Source: Glaucostegus cemiculus (Eukaryota). Taken from it: a stretch of 64,000 nucleotides of DNA. Where the stretch lies: NCBI GenBank assembly GCA_976551045.1, contig CDPCPM010000033.1, forward strand, positions 26,040,001 through 26,104,000, in the 5' to 3' direction. Under the pieces are notes generated by a model that had not been told where the DNA came from, did no database searches, and saw only the letters and a list, made by a program, of their open reading frames with translations. A program made the position numbers and the translations under genes. Shown here one piece after another: positions 1 through 11,290 of the stretch. Within the stretch, counting starts at the first letter, position 1, and every line of letters starts with the position of its first letter.

Positions 1-176
1 TTGTTTACCTCTGCGGTCACAAGGTGTCCGTCTGCCATACAGCACGGCAGTTCTGATCACTGGATGAAAAAGACTGAAGATGGTGTATTTTTATATGTAG
101 TTATAAAAGTTAATGATAGAGCTGATGATTAGAATATTAGTTTATCTATGCCCTAAGTTAAATGTCCTTCGGGTGG

Positions 177-1465
177 CCATTGGCTAGTCGGATCACATGC
201 CTGGCTCATGTGTGGCTAAAACGATGCAGTAAAAGTTAGTGTTTTGTGTAAAGCTGCGGTCTACTGTACACGTATATCAGCAAATCTCGTAAAACCGACA
301 ATAAAATTCTAATACTACAAATCACTCGGCAAACTGAGGACTTCTAGGTTCCAATTTAGTCTTTTCCGCTTTGCAGGCTGGAGGCGAAAGCAGAATCTAC
401 AGTTGTTGAATCGCCTTCCATTTTGCCATTAAACTTTACATAACCAGCGATCAACACACATTTAAACTTTAACGGGATTCAGAGCGCAAGCCCCGTACAT
501 ATCCTTAGTACTGAAGTAGACGATTTTTAATGTCCACCTTTATGCACAAGTTAACAATGGCATGGTGAGGCTGAACAAAACAAAACAATAAGAGCAAACA
601 GGAAACGATTCTAAGGAGGGGGAGGAAAAACATACTGCTACAATGTTATACAAACAACTAAAACAGCGGTATAAAATTATTAGTAGCGGAGTTCAAAATC
701 TACGCTGATAACGCAATGATGTTAAGATAAATTCATAAACAGTTTTCAGATATATAATCGAGTTTACTTATATATTGCACAGTTAGGCGTTATACTCTTA
801 CAATGTCCTAATCTTGCCAGGTACAGTTGCCAACTTAAACGTCAATTAACCATTTTAAAATGAGAAGAGACATATTTGCAAACTCCGGTTTTGCTGTTAA
901 GGTTTATAGAATATATGTTCTATCATCCAATTTTTAAAAAACTGGCTTCATGCTTTATGTTAAAGCAAACGCATTTTATCGAATTCGTACTATGTCAGAA
1001 AGGTCCCAATTGACCAAGGAGATAAATGATTTCAGAAAATAAATCAATGATTTAAGAAGTAATATCAAGATTTCATTTTCATGATTGCCTTCTCCAGTTG
1101 GTGGAATATTCTTAGCACGATTTATTTCACCAGTTTTTCCAAACTTATTCTCACAATCTAATCAGATTTCCCCACAATCGTATGGACAATTGTGTTTTCC
1201 CAATAGCGTTCGTGATATGAATTTCCTTTCATAAAGAAAGCTTATCTTAAAAATGCACCATCTCTGTAATCAAATTCCAAACCAAATAATGACACAGAGA
1301 GTTATTTTGCCTTCGCTGCATTTTATATTTTGGTGGATCGATTATTTGTCTTCGTTGCATTATAAGCACCGACGGGTTGTACAATGGCACTAGATCTGGA
1401 TCTTAGCGGCGATCTTATTAGATGATGGAAATCTCACTGGAGGGTTTCAACGGAGGAATGAATGA
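177..1465 (+). pseudogene. Putative HoxD7 relic (promoter/leader, eroded exon 1, eroded homeobox)
   Basis: CCATTGG-N10-CACATG at 177-199. The leader at 246-338 (GTGTAAAGCTG...TATATCAGCAAATCTCGTAAAACCGACAATAAAA...CTACAAATCACTCGGCAAACTGAG) resembles the HoxB7/HoxA7 5'UTR as I recall it, with CTG (334) in place of ATG. KAEST at 387-401 resembles Hox7 NAEPT. 1387-1437 reads ALDLDLSGDLIR*WKSH (cf. TLELE....[10 protein letters not shown]...AH), then GGG TTT CAA CGG AGG A ATG at 1442-1460 (cf. WFQNRRM). Confidence 0.65.
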
Positions 1466-2819
1466 TGCAGACAACCAGGAGGCTTTCTGGTTGAATTTAA
1501 TCTGTGAGGGCGGGCCTTAAATTTCATAATTTCATCGACCTTTTAAAAAAAATGATATTCAAAAATTCTCCGACCTTTACAGATACGATTTAAAACAACC
1601 CTTGTGAATCCGTACAAATAGATGCTTTTATTTTTTTTTCTATCCATTAATTGTTTTAAGAAGCAGTCATCTGCAGAAAACTTTCCAGCCCACCCTGCGT
1701 ATAGTCCGACCTCCCCAGCCCACTCCAGAAAAAGAATTTTTGGATTAAGAGTTAATGGAATTTCAAAGGTTTAACATTTTATTTATGTTGCTTTGTATTT
1801 TAATTCCGCGACCCCAGCATTTTTGTGGACATCGTGAGTTACGTTTGAGAAATGGGTGTTTAACCGTTCAGCTTCTAGCGGACTGTTGTGTCATTTTTTT
1901 TCCGTAAAATTAATTGGAAGCCCGAGTCCAGAGACGATCTGCATTCAACATACGTAACCCCGCGGGAAACATGAGGCAAGAGGGAAAGGTGGATACCAAA
2001 TATCTCCCAGGCATCTTCTCCCCTAATGAATTTGTTGTGCAGCATTGTGACAGTGGCTGGCTCGCAATTACGGATCAAATTGATTCAAACATTTTGCACT
2101 TTTCATTAGCGTTAAATACACTTACACAGAACGGAGCTATTTTTATCAATTTAACCTAAGTTGTTGTGAACACAGGGATGTGTTATTTCATTTTATTTTC
2201 TCTCCTACAATGGAAATAGGAGGGGCATAATGAAATATTCCACAGTGATTAGAAATGGAGGCTCGGTATGCACCAAGATAGTCCCACATACTGAAACTCA
2301 ACTTCCTCTTTCTCACCTGTGTAGAATACACCTTGGGACATCTATTGTGAATTGTCACCCTGTTTGCATTATTGGTTTTTTTTGTTTGAATGAAAGTTGT
2401 CGCCATGGTGCAGAGTTTAACTCAGTGGCCAAACGTGTTTCAGAGTCGCTTGTTTCCTATTCTTAACCCGGCCAAATAGAAAGGGCTCAGGAAATCATGT
2501 CCAAGCGAAATCCGGAAGCCTGTCTGATTCATAATCGCCAACATTGGGAAATGTGAATCATACATGCTGCATTATTTGAGCGAGTTATTTATTCACGTGA
2601 CAAAAAATGTTATACTTGGCGCATTGAAAACATGGACTAAAAGGCCCTAGATTATCAAACTGCACGGGTTTGGTTGCTGTGGTGTGAAGTACCCACTGTC
2701 GAAAGAGTTATTCCACTTTATGTTTACGTTGTTGCTGCACTTCCGCCTGCATAGCTGGTTGGAAGGTTCGTTACAATGCATGTTATATAACAAATAGCTG
2801 TAGCAAAGAACTCGTTAAA

Positions 2820-3030
2820 GGAAACATGGCGCTTGCGAGCTGTACTTGCGAAATCCGCAAGGAATTGCAGCGAATTCCTTTTTGTTTGAAGAAAATTTAC
2901 AACTTTGTAATGGACCTTTTACGAGGGACTCCGCGCTCCCATTGGCTAGTTTTGGTCATGTGAATCAAGTAACTGCGTTCATGGCCTTTTCATGATTTCC
3001 CTTGTGAATATTTCACTGCATTCCGCTGCT
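2820..3030 (+). promoter_or_regulatory. Conserved Hox7/8-6 intergenic element (H8/7-6 four-cluster-sequence-like), probable distal promoter
   Basis: YY1-type AACATGGCG (2823-2831), AAAATTTACAAC, TTTTACGA, CCATTGG-N11-CATGTG (2939-2962) and CATGATTTCCC. This resembles the block I recall between paralogue groups 7/8 and 6 in vertebrate clusters. Confidence 0.6.
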
Positions 3031-4035
3031 AACTCGTCTCAAACCGTCTTTTCTGTCAGTATCTCCCCTTGCCTGCTTTTGTCGTTGGTATTTGGCGCCA
3101 GCTGCTTGGGAAAAAAGGAAGACTTTCCGCTCTATTCGCGGTGTTCAATCCTTTTCTGTATAACTATGAGGAAGTCATTCGACTCATGCTGGGATTTAGC
3201 AATCTGATCTCTCTCACAGACCTCTGACGTCTGCTTACAGTCTTTCATTTACCCTTCAATACGCTTTACCTATTTTAAGTTATTTTGATAATCGAAACTG
3301 TACAAATGGAATACAAAATCCATCTGGTTCCTATTCGGGGGCAGCGCCATGAAACCGGTAAGTCTTTTTGCTCTTGCCTGCTCGGCTGTTGCAGATAGCA
3401 GTGTTGTAATGGGAGGCAGCGACGTTGTCTTCGCTGGTTGAGTTCTAGGCAGCTGTTTGGCAGGTCGAGGAATGCTCGACATAAATTAATAAACAGCAAG
3501 ACTGATTTTCAAATGGCGTATTCTAACCAGGTCCAGGTGGTCGATGGAGTACAAACAGTGGCTGTGAAGCAGATTAATTAGATATTTATTTTCCGCAATG
3601 AGACCGAGAGTTGCGATTCTTGCCTACCTTTGAGATGATAGCCTTACTATAAGACAACTGACATTTGTGGAGATTGGTCGGATTGCCTCGTTCAATAGAG
3701 ATTTTTTTTCTGAAAAGATATTTTTGTTACTTTTATTACTGATGGCTCTCTGGTTCTGGTTAATTTGCGGGAGGGTTGCCCGGTGAACTGCTTCAGTGAT
3801 TGGCGGCTTCAGTCTGTTTTTGCTGATCTGTGGTGTTCCATGCTATTTTCTATCTCGCAGCCTAGTGTAGGAAGGCTGGACTCTTTTGCTCTGTCAAATG
3901 AAAAGTTGGAGCAATGAGTGATGGATTTGTGTTAATGATCCTAATAAGTCTGTGCAGCGATCACTGGCTTTAGAAACATCGAGAGCTATGGGATTTTGGG
4001 GGAAATGCTTAGCTAACATTTTAATGATATTTTAC

Positions 4036-5961
4036 CACGTGACAGTAGTTTGCGCAAATGAGCAGCACTCTTAGAATAATTTTCCCGCGGTCAACATCAG
4101 ACATGCTTTCAATATGTTAATGACGAATAGAGGTTCATAGATATTTCTAATATTTTGTCGTTGAGCAAATGATTTTGGTTTGTACATTTGTTTTCTGAAC
4201 ATGATGTATCGAGTTGTGATTGTTGCATATAAAGACAAGAATCTCTCCATTCTGAGAAATGTTTCTGAATTGATGTAAACAGCTGCAACTTCATATCAGT
4301 AACTTCATAATGTAACACAAGGAATAAAGCATCGCAATCGTTTATTCTATTCTCATTTCTCAATATTAATTATTAATTGCAAGAGTCTACTGGGGAAATA
4401 TGTGCAACATAGGATCATGTCTTATTGCAAGCAGAGGAGTACTGTGAATATTTCTATAATTGATTTTTTTTCTTAGCCAATTGTTTGTATTTCCGCTGAT
4501 TAAATATTCGGAAAGAATTGTTCATCACTTTGCATCAGAGATGTAGGAAGAAGTTTCCAGTTGCATGCACTTGAAAGTCAACATTATTCGACTATAAACT
4601 GATTCATCTTTCAGTTTCTAAATTATTTGCAGGAAACGAATAAAAATATATCAGCTTGCCCCATTAACTGTATGATTATATAGATATTAATTCAGCGCTG
4701 ACCACTGGTATCTGTTTGCAAATGACATAATTAAAAACCCATTTTCTATCTGTGTCTGTTAGACAGGCCGGCAGGTATATTGTTGAAATGAAACACTGGC
4801 CAGTAATAATTAGGTCACAACGTTTTGCTGGAACCAAATAAACGTTTAGTGACATTGTTACTATTCTTTTATCACAGCATAAAAACTTAAATATTAATTG
4901 TCTACTTCAGGCGTAACTGCCAAGAAAAATATGATACTTAAATTATTTCAGATCGCGACAGTGTAGTGCATAATATTTTGCTTTATGGAGAAAGCACCTC
5001 GATTTTCAAGCAGTGATTGGCTTTAATCATATTCCGCATTGTGTTTCCATATACTTTTCAATACTTCTGTGTTCGCTACAATTTGTGGAACAGGAAAAAA
5101 TCTTATGCAGCAGTTATTAATTAAGACCTTTTATCTCAGTTTTAAAAGTGAACAAGTTAAATATTTGTTAGATTTTTCTCGTTAAGCTAAATCTGTTTTG
5201 CATTAAGTATACACTGTCGGTTTTTAGATTAGAATGAAAGACTTACTGACATTTCCTCAATTGTTTCTTCCTCATGAGACATAATTTGGTTAAAAAAATT
5301 CTCTGAACAAAAAAAGTAAATCTTCATTATAAATATAATTAGCAAGTGCATATTTCCAAATCACGATTCTACTGACGATATTAAGGTGGGACTATTTAAT
5401 TCACTTTCTTCAAGGCAAGCAACAAAATATTCAATGATTTCTAAGTGGTAAGCATATATATTGAGTTGTGTGTGCTGTTTAGTTAATATCTAGAGTTGTA
5501 TTTGGAAGCTTAAATCTGAAGGATTTTGCGCAGGATGCACTTCTATAGTCGACCGACAACGCTCATATGTAATTATCAATCAATTTCGGTACAGCATATA
5601 AAATTTCCTTTTTAATGAAAACATTTTAGTTCATCTGTGACAAAAGGTGATCTGACTCTCCACAACGTGGAATACCTTTTAATTCATAATGTTCTTTTTT
5701 ATTTTTAATAGATATTTGTAAACGTAAAGAACTCCTCATACGAATCCTGCATAATGAATATAGTGTATAATAGGAATTAATTCATTGCGATCCCAGAAAA
5801 TTGCTCACTCTTTACAGGACTGACAAACGAATTTCCAGATCGCGATCTTCTCCCGAATTTATTACAAGGGCCAACGCGCTGCAAAAGGAAAAATCAACAG
5901 AAAAAAATATAATTAGTATGTGGTGCGCGAACTGGTTTCTTTATTCCACAGTATGAACGGG
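4036..5961 (+). pseudogene. Possible HoxD6 relic (start region and eroded homeobox)
   Basis: GCGCAAATGAG start context with MSSTLRIIFPRS at 4058 (cf. Hox6 MSSYFVNPTFPGS). 5817-5849 reads GLTNEFPDRDL (cf. [12 protein letters not shown]), 5870-5881 ANAL, and 5897-5935 TEKNIISMWCANW (cf. [12 protein letters not shown]). Heavily degraded and aligned by eye only. Confidence 0.4.
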
Positions 5962-8394
5962 GCTTCCAGTCACGTCTAGTGGAAGGTTAATTGCAAGCTA
6001 TTTTGGGTCAGAAGTTTCAAGGACATAGATCAGTAGTCTGGATTTCTTTTTAATTTAGCCTTACTCAGAACTGGAAACCAAACACTCAACTATTCTTCAA
6101 GAACAGCTGATTAGTACAGAGCAAAGATTGTCAGGCGGCTGCTGCAATGTTAGATTTACGAGTATTCGAGTGCTAGACCGTTGGATTGTAGCAACTATGA
6201 TCTTAGCCCAGAATTATAAGAGAAAAACACATTTCAAAATTCCCCGACGATAAATGAAACCGACCCCTATATTATGACATTTTATCTAAAATATACATTA
6301 GAATGTTACTTTTTTCTTCTTCCGTTTAAACGTAATTCATCTCAAGTTATAAATTGCTCATCTCTTTATTGTCATATTTAGGTTTAGAACACCTTCAATC
6401 CAGGCCCCATGCGGGACTACTGGGAAACCTTAATCCTGAAAACATTCCAATAACTCGGAGATCTGTGCAATTTCAGACAACAATGGACGGTGGGCCCAGC
6501 TCCCGACTGCGTACTATTTCTTGCATCCAGGCATGGATTATTTCGCAATATTTTAGCTCCATTCTCTCAAGTACCTGCTGACAAGTATCAGGCAGAGGAG
6601 CACAAAGAGTCCGATTTGCCCACACTACAAGATAATCCTGTAAACACTGTAAATATATTTCTTCCACGTCCTATAAATCAAACTCTGTTCCAAACTAAAA
6701 ATCACACTCCCGAGCGCGCGTGTGTGTTGGGGGTGCAGTGGCCAGATACACTGGTGATCATATTTCATTAATTCACTTACTCAAGTAGTTCGGGGAACAC
6801 CCTATTTAACCCCCAAATAAGCGCCCAGCAACAGATAACTGAAACCCACGTGCGTCAAGTATTACTGGAACAATGGGCGGATCTTTGCCAAATTTTTCAG
6901 ACTCAGATTAATGCAGTCAGTGTTTTGACATCGTTTCATTGCCTTCATTAGTTGTGCCGTTCCGGATCACAACCAAACATTAATAATTCCCCTATTAATC
7001 AAAGAGGAAAAGGCAAACGGTGTTTTTTTTATAATATTACATTTATTGCTGTCGCAGTTTTCCTGTATTTGTGGCCAACTGGAATTGATTCGATGTGTCT
7101 CTAACAGAGTGCTGCACCGCGAAACTATCCGTCCGAAGAAAGACAACGGGCCGAAAGTGCGGTCCTGCTAATCTGCAACATTCGTTTTCGATACTTTACC
7201 ATATCGGTTCTGGAACTGCCTCACTACGCACATTGATCAGATCTTGCAACAGATCTGATAGAAATATTCTGACCCACTGTAGCTTAAACTGCAGGGAAAG
7301 CCACCGTGCAGTTGAATTGCACAAAGGAAAAAAGTGCAGAGCGCACTTCGCCTTGGGTTTTCGGTTAATGCTTCTGTCGTGACTGGCCTCGATTTAACCA
7401 GACACAAAATAAAATAATATATGAAATAATATAGATTCTTAATCCTTTTTATTTCTTTAACCAATGTCCAATGAAAATAGAAAGCAAATGCTCATCTAGA
7501 ATCCTGACTTTAGTGCTCAAAAGGCAGTAAAAGATGAATCACGTGCTTGTTACAAACTATCTGCAAACTTTGTGAACTCTGTAAAGGTATATGATTTAAA
7601 CAATCTGAGGTAAACAATCTAAGATCAATACTCTACGAACATAACATTGCAGCATTTGTAAGCTTTAGTGATATGTGCCATGTGTATAAATGTGAATCGT
7701 ACATTAAGGGTTTTACCTAACAGAATAATTTCCCCGGCGTCTTTTAACACCAGTAACAGAATCTACAAACTCCAACCCGTTGGAGTAAAGATTGCAATAA
7801 GAATTGCGAAGTAATAATAATTATTGGAAATATTTAGGATTTTTTCCTATCAAGCTCTTCGTCGTGAATAATTATTTACTTACATTAAGCACCAAATTTA
7901 GGGGTCGAGTATATAGTTAATACAAAGTAAGTGCATTCTGATTCAACATAGTTATTCTAGTTCAAACGACGTGACTTGTGTAATAAAACGTGTTGAATTA
8001 TTTGGAAGCAATTTCATGTATTAAAATTACCGTATGAAATTTTGAGTCTCAGGGTAATCGTATAATAATACATCACAGCTTACGATAACTGAAATTTTAA
8101 ACCAACGCATATACTCAGTTTGTATTTATATAATCGCTTTGCGTGTGCGCACCTATAGATGCCTCCAATATATAATTGATAATTTCAGATAACAAAAAGA
8201 CTTCATAGTTAACGATTATCCCAAATGGCGAACCATTTTAAAAACTGAAACCATTGCGGAAAAAATACAAACCCCTTTACGCATCAAAGTCTCTTTCAAT
8301 TTTGCTTTATCGATATGAGCCTGACTTTCTCCGTGTTTGTCAGAAGGAGGCGCTATAGGACAAGGGTCGGTAAATCACAGCAAGCATTCTCACT

Positions 8395-8598
8395 GCATGA
8401 ATTACCCCCAGGGTCAGGCACAAGAATTTACGACTGGTCAACAAAAGCACGTGATCTAAACTTGTGTCCCATATTTGGTTGCATACGTAGGAGGCAGAGA
8501 AATGACATGTGCCTTTTATTTCCATATTTCATTATATATCGCGCGTTCTGGTGGCGAATAAACGTCTAAGAACCACAAATCAATCCCCTAAAAGGCAG
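8395..8598 (+). promoter_or_regulatory. Hox5-type proximal promoter / 5'UTR conserved block
   Basis: ATTTACGACTGGTCAACAAAAGCACGTGAT...CCCATATTTGG...TACGTAGGAGG...CCACAAATCAA matches the HoxA5/B5 promoter block as I recall it and lies directly before the HoxD5 ATG. Confidence 0.8.
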
Positions 8599-9106
8599 AT
8601 GAGTTCCTACTTTTTAAACTCTTTCTCAGGTCGCTATCAAAATGGCCACGATTATCAGTTGCAGAGTTATGGGAATGCCTCGTCTGTGGGCGAGCATTTT
8701 AGGGAGTCGACGATGCTTTCCGCCAGGTATGGCTATGATTACACTGGGATAGACCTCAGCATGACTCGTTCTAACTCAAATCTTCGTGGAGACAGTGAAA
8801 GGTCTACTAACTACATGCAGTCAGCCAGTAACACCTTTCATAGTTCCTCTGGTGCGAGAACTAAGTCTCCTGATCCTGCGTTCTGCTCAGGGTCTTTAAT
8901 AAGCCCATCAGACAGTACTATTAAAACGGACACTACAATCACGGGGCCAAGTCATTCATACCGCGGTGGTCAGGACACATCACCGGTAACCGATGAGCAT
9001 CTTAAGGGAACGAACAGCCCCAAACCAGAAAGTGGGCAACTAGACAAGGATTCAGCACAGCAGATGCAGATATACCCATGGATGAAAAAGCTTCACCTTA
9101 ATCAAG
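8599..9106 (+). CDS. HoxD5: Homeobox protein Hox-D5, exon 1
   Basis: [21 protein letters not shown] Hox5 N-terminus, [12 protein letters not shown] motif and IYPWMKKLH hexapeptide. Donor G|GTACGC at 9107. D assignment comes from cluster context. Confidence 0.92.
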
Positions 9107-9457
9107 GTACGCTCAATGCCGCCATCCTGCCTTTTGATATACATTTTAATTTTGGTCGAAGTAATTTTTAGACTGAGAAACAAAGTAACTTAATAAAATT
9201 ACTAAAGCATAATATTTGTAAAAGTACAACAGTTTGAAGAAAATAGAAATATAAACTGTTGCTTTGAACAGTTATACCAATTGTGTCAGGAATTACAGCA
9301 ATTTATGCATTAGCGATTTCCGTTAAAATTTAAATCATTTAAATACTCCAACTACATATCGGAAAACTTATTTTGTTCTGCACTTATTTGTCTGAAACGG
9401 TATAATTTAATATTTTGCACTAATGCGTGTAATAATTCATCTTTAACTTTTTATTAA

Positions 9458-9700
<243 letters not shown>

Positions 9701-11176
9701 CTGGTTACACCTAACTGGCTATATTATTGTCCTTTACGTTGCAATGGGAAAGGTTGCTTGGCCACATAAAATACTATGTGAGATACATTGATATCGTGTG
9801 GGTTCACCGTCTTGTCATCAATACACTTTACCAGTTGTCATCAACAGATGTTAAAATCTTGTTAAAATATATATTTATAATATCTATGCCTAAATTTGGA
9901 TCAGAAGAGAGAACAATAAGGAGGTCAGCCGGCGTAATGCAGCCAAGCAAACCGTTTACCACCGAGAGCAGAATGAAGTTGTTCTCTGTCTCTGGTTGCT
10001 GAACAAACCAATCTTCTACCGGATGATAGCTTCATTAAAACTATAATTTGATCATGTTTTGAAAAGCTAGATACATATTGTTGTTTTCATCTTTTTTTAC
10101 ATCAACTGTGTTTTTTTTGTTTGATTAATGCTGGGAATCGTTGCTGTGATCCCAGGTATATCTTGTGATGTATATTCTGTACATATATAATGTTTAAACG
10201 TCTGACTTTGTGCTATATAAATGGAATGAGTGGTGTTTTTGTCTACAACATTGAAATAAACCCAGTTTTACCAAAAATATTTTCATCTGTTGTTTTTAGC
10301 TCCAATGCATGTACAGAAGTACTGGCAACTGGTCACTGGTGAAAGAACCAATGCGATTATTCGCACTTTGCTTCTATTCACTCGACTCATGACTTCTTCT
10401 AATTTCATAAAAGGTCCTGGAACTGAGCTCGCCTCAAATGTTTTCTGTCACATATTGTTCTGGGCCAGAATTCTTGGCGGAGTTGACACCTATTCGATAT
10501 TTTAGTTTTTTTTAAGGGAAACATGCCTTCGTTCAGAAACTTCATCATCTAGATTCCAGACATGTTCATTTACATAAGACAATTTGATAATCTGTTGTCT
10601 AGTGGTGGAGCAATACAAGTTGATTTTCTTTTAATTGATGGCTATTAACATTAAATATTTTGAAATGTATAAATACAATGGTGGGACTTAACTGGAAGAG
10701 CTTTGGGAACCATGGAGTTCTCTATTAGTTTCCACAGCACTGAATAAGCTAGCATGAGAAACTGCAATGGGGATTTAAACTCTGTATTTATCTCTAAAGC
10801 AGGATGAAAGAGTAGATACTGAAGCAATCGTAATCGGAAACAATGTCATAGGAAACTCTTAATGTCAAAAGGAATTCTTGTTGGCCTTCCTAATCGACTT
10901 AGTTGTATTTCACTGTAGCTCCCAAGCTATCGGTCACGGATACACACAGTGTATTTACACTTACCAAATCTAATAGATCTCCGTGGCTGCATAGGAAATG
11001 CCCAAATTGCGCCTTAAAATAAAGAAAACTTATTCTCCAAGGCACTCGTCCTCTGGGTACTCAGATATTTAGCTTTATATTACTGAGAGAACATTTCAAT
11101 GAACATGGCTGTCTTTAATGAATAAAAGTTTTAAAGTTTAAGGGTTATTTATATGGACGCCTCAGAACCAGGTCCT

Positions 11177-11290
11177 GACTGGTTGTACAGGGGCACGTGA
11201 CGCCATTAAACTTTGTTTTATGGTTAGGGGAGTTGACAAGCCAAAATATAATTCACATCATATATTAGGTTAAGAGCAGACAAGTGCAGA
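11177..11290 (+). promoter_or_regulatory. Conserved Hox5-4 intergenic promoter-like element
   Basis: GACTGG-N11-CACGTG followed by CATTAAACTTTGTTTTATGG and GGGAGTTGACAAG (Hox/Cdx and Meis-like sites). I recall this block as conserved downstream of Hox5 genes. Confidence 0.6.

Noticed and set aside
8509-8598. N-terminal extension of the HoxD5 ORF in the track (MPFISIF...)
   Set aside because: It starts at GTG in promoter/UTR sequence. The conserved Hox5 start MSSYF is at 8599.
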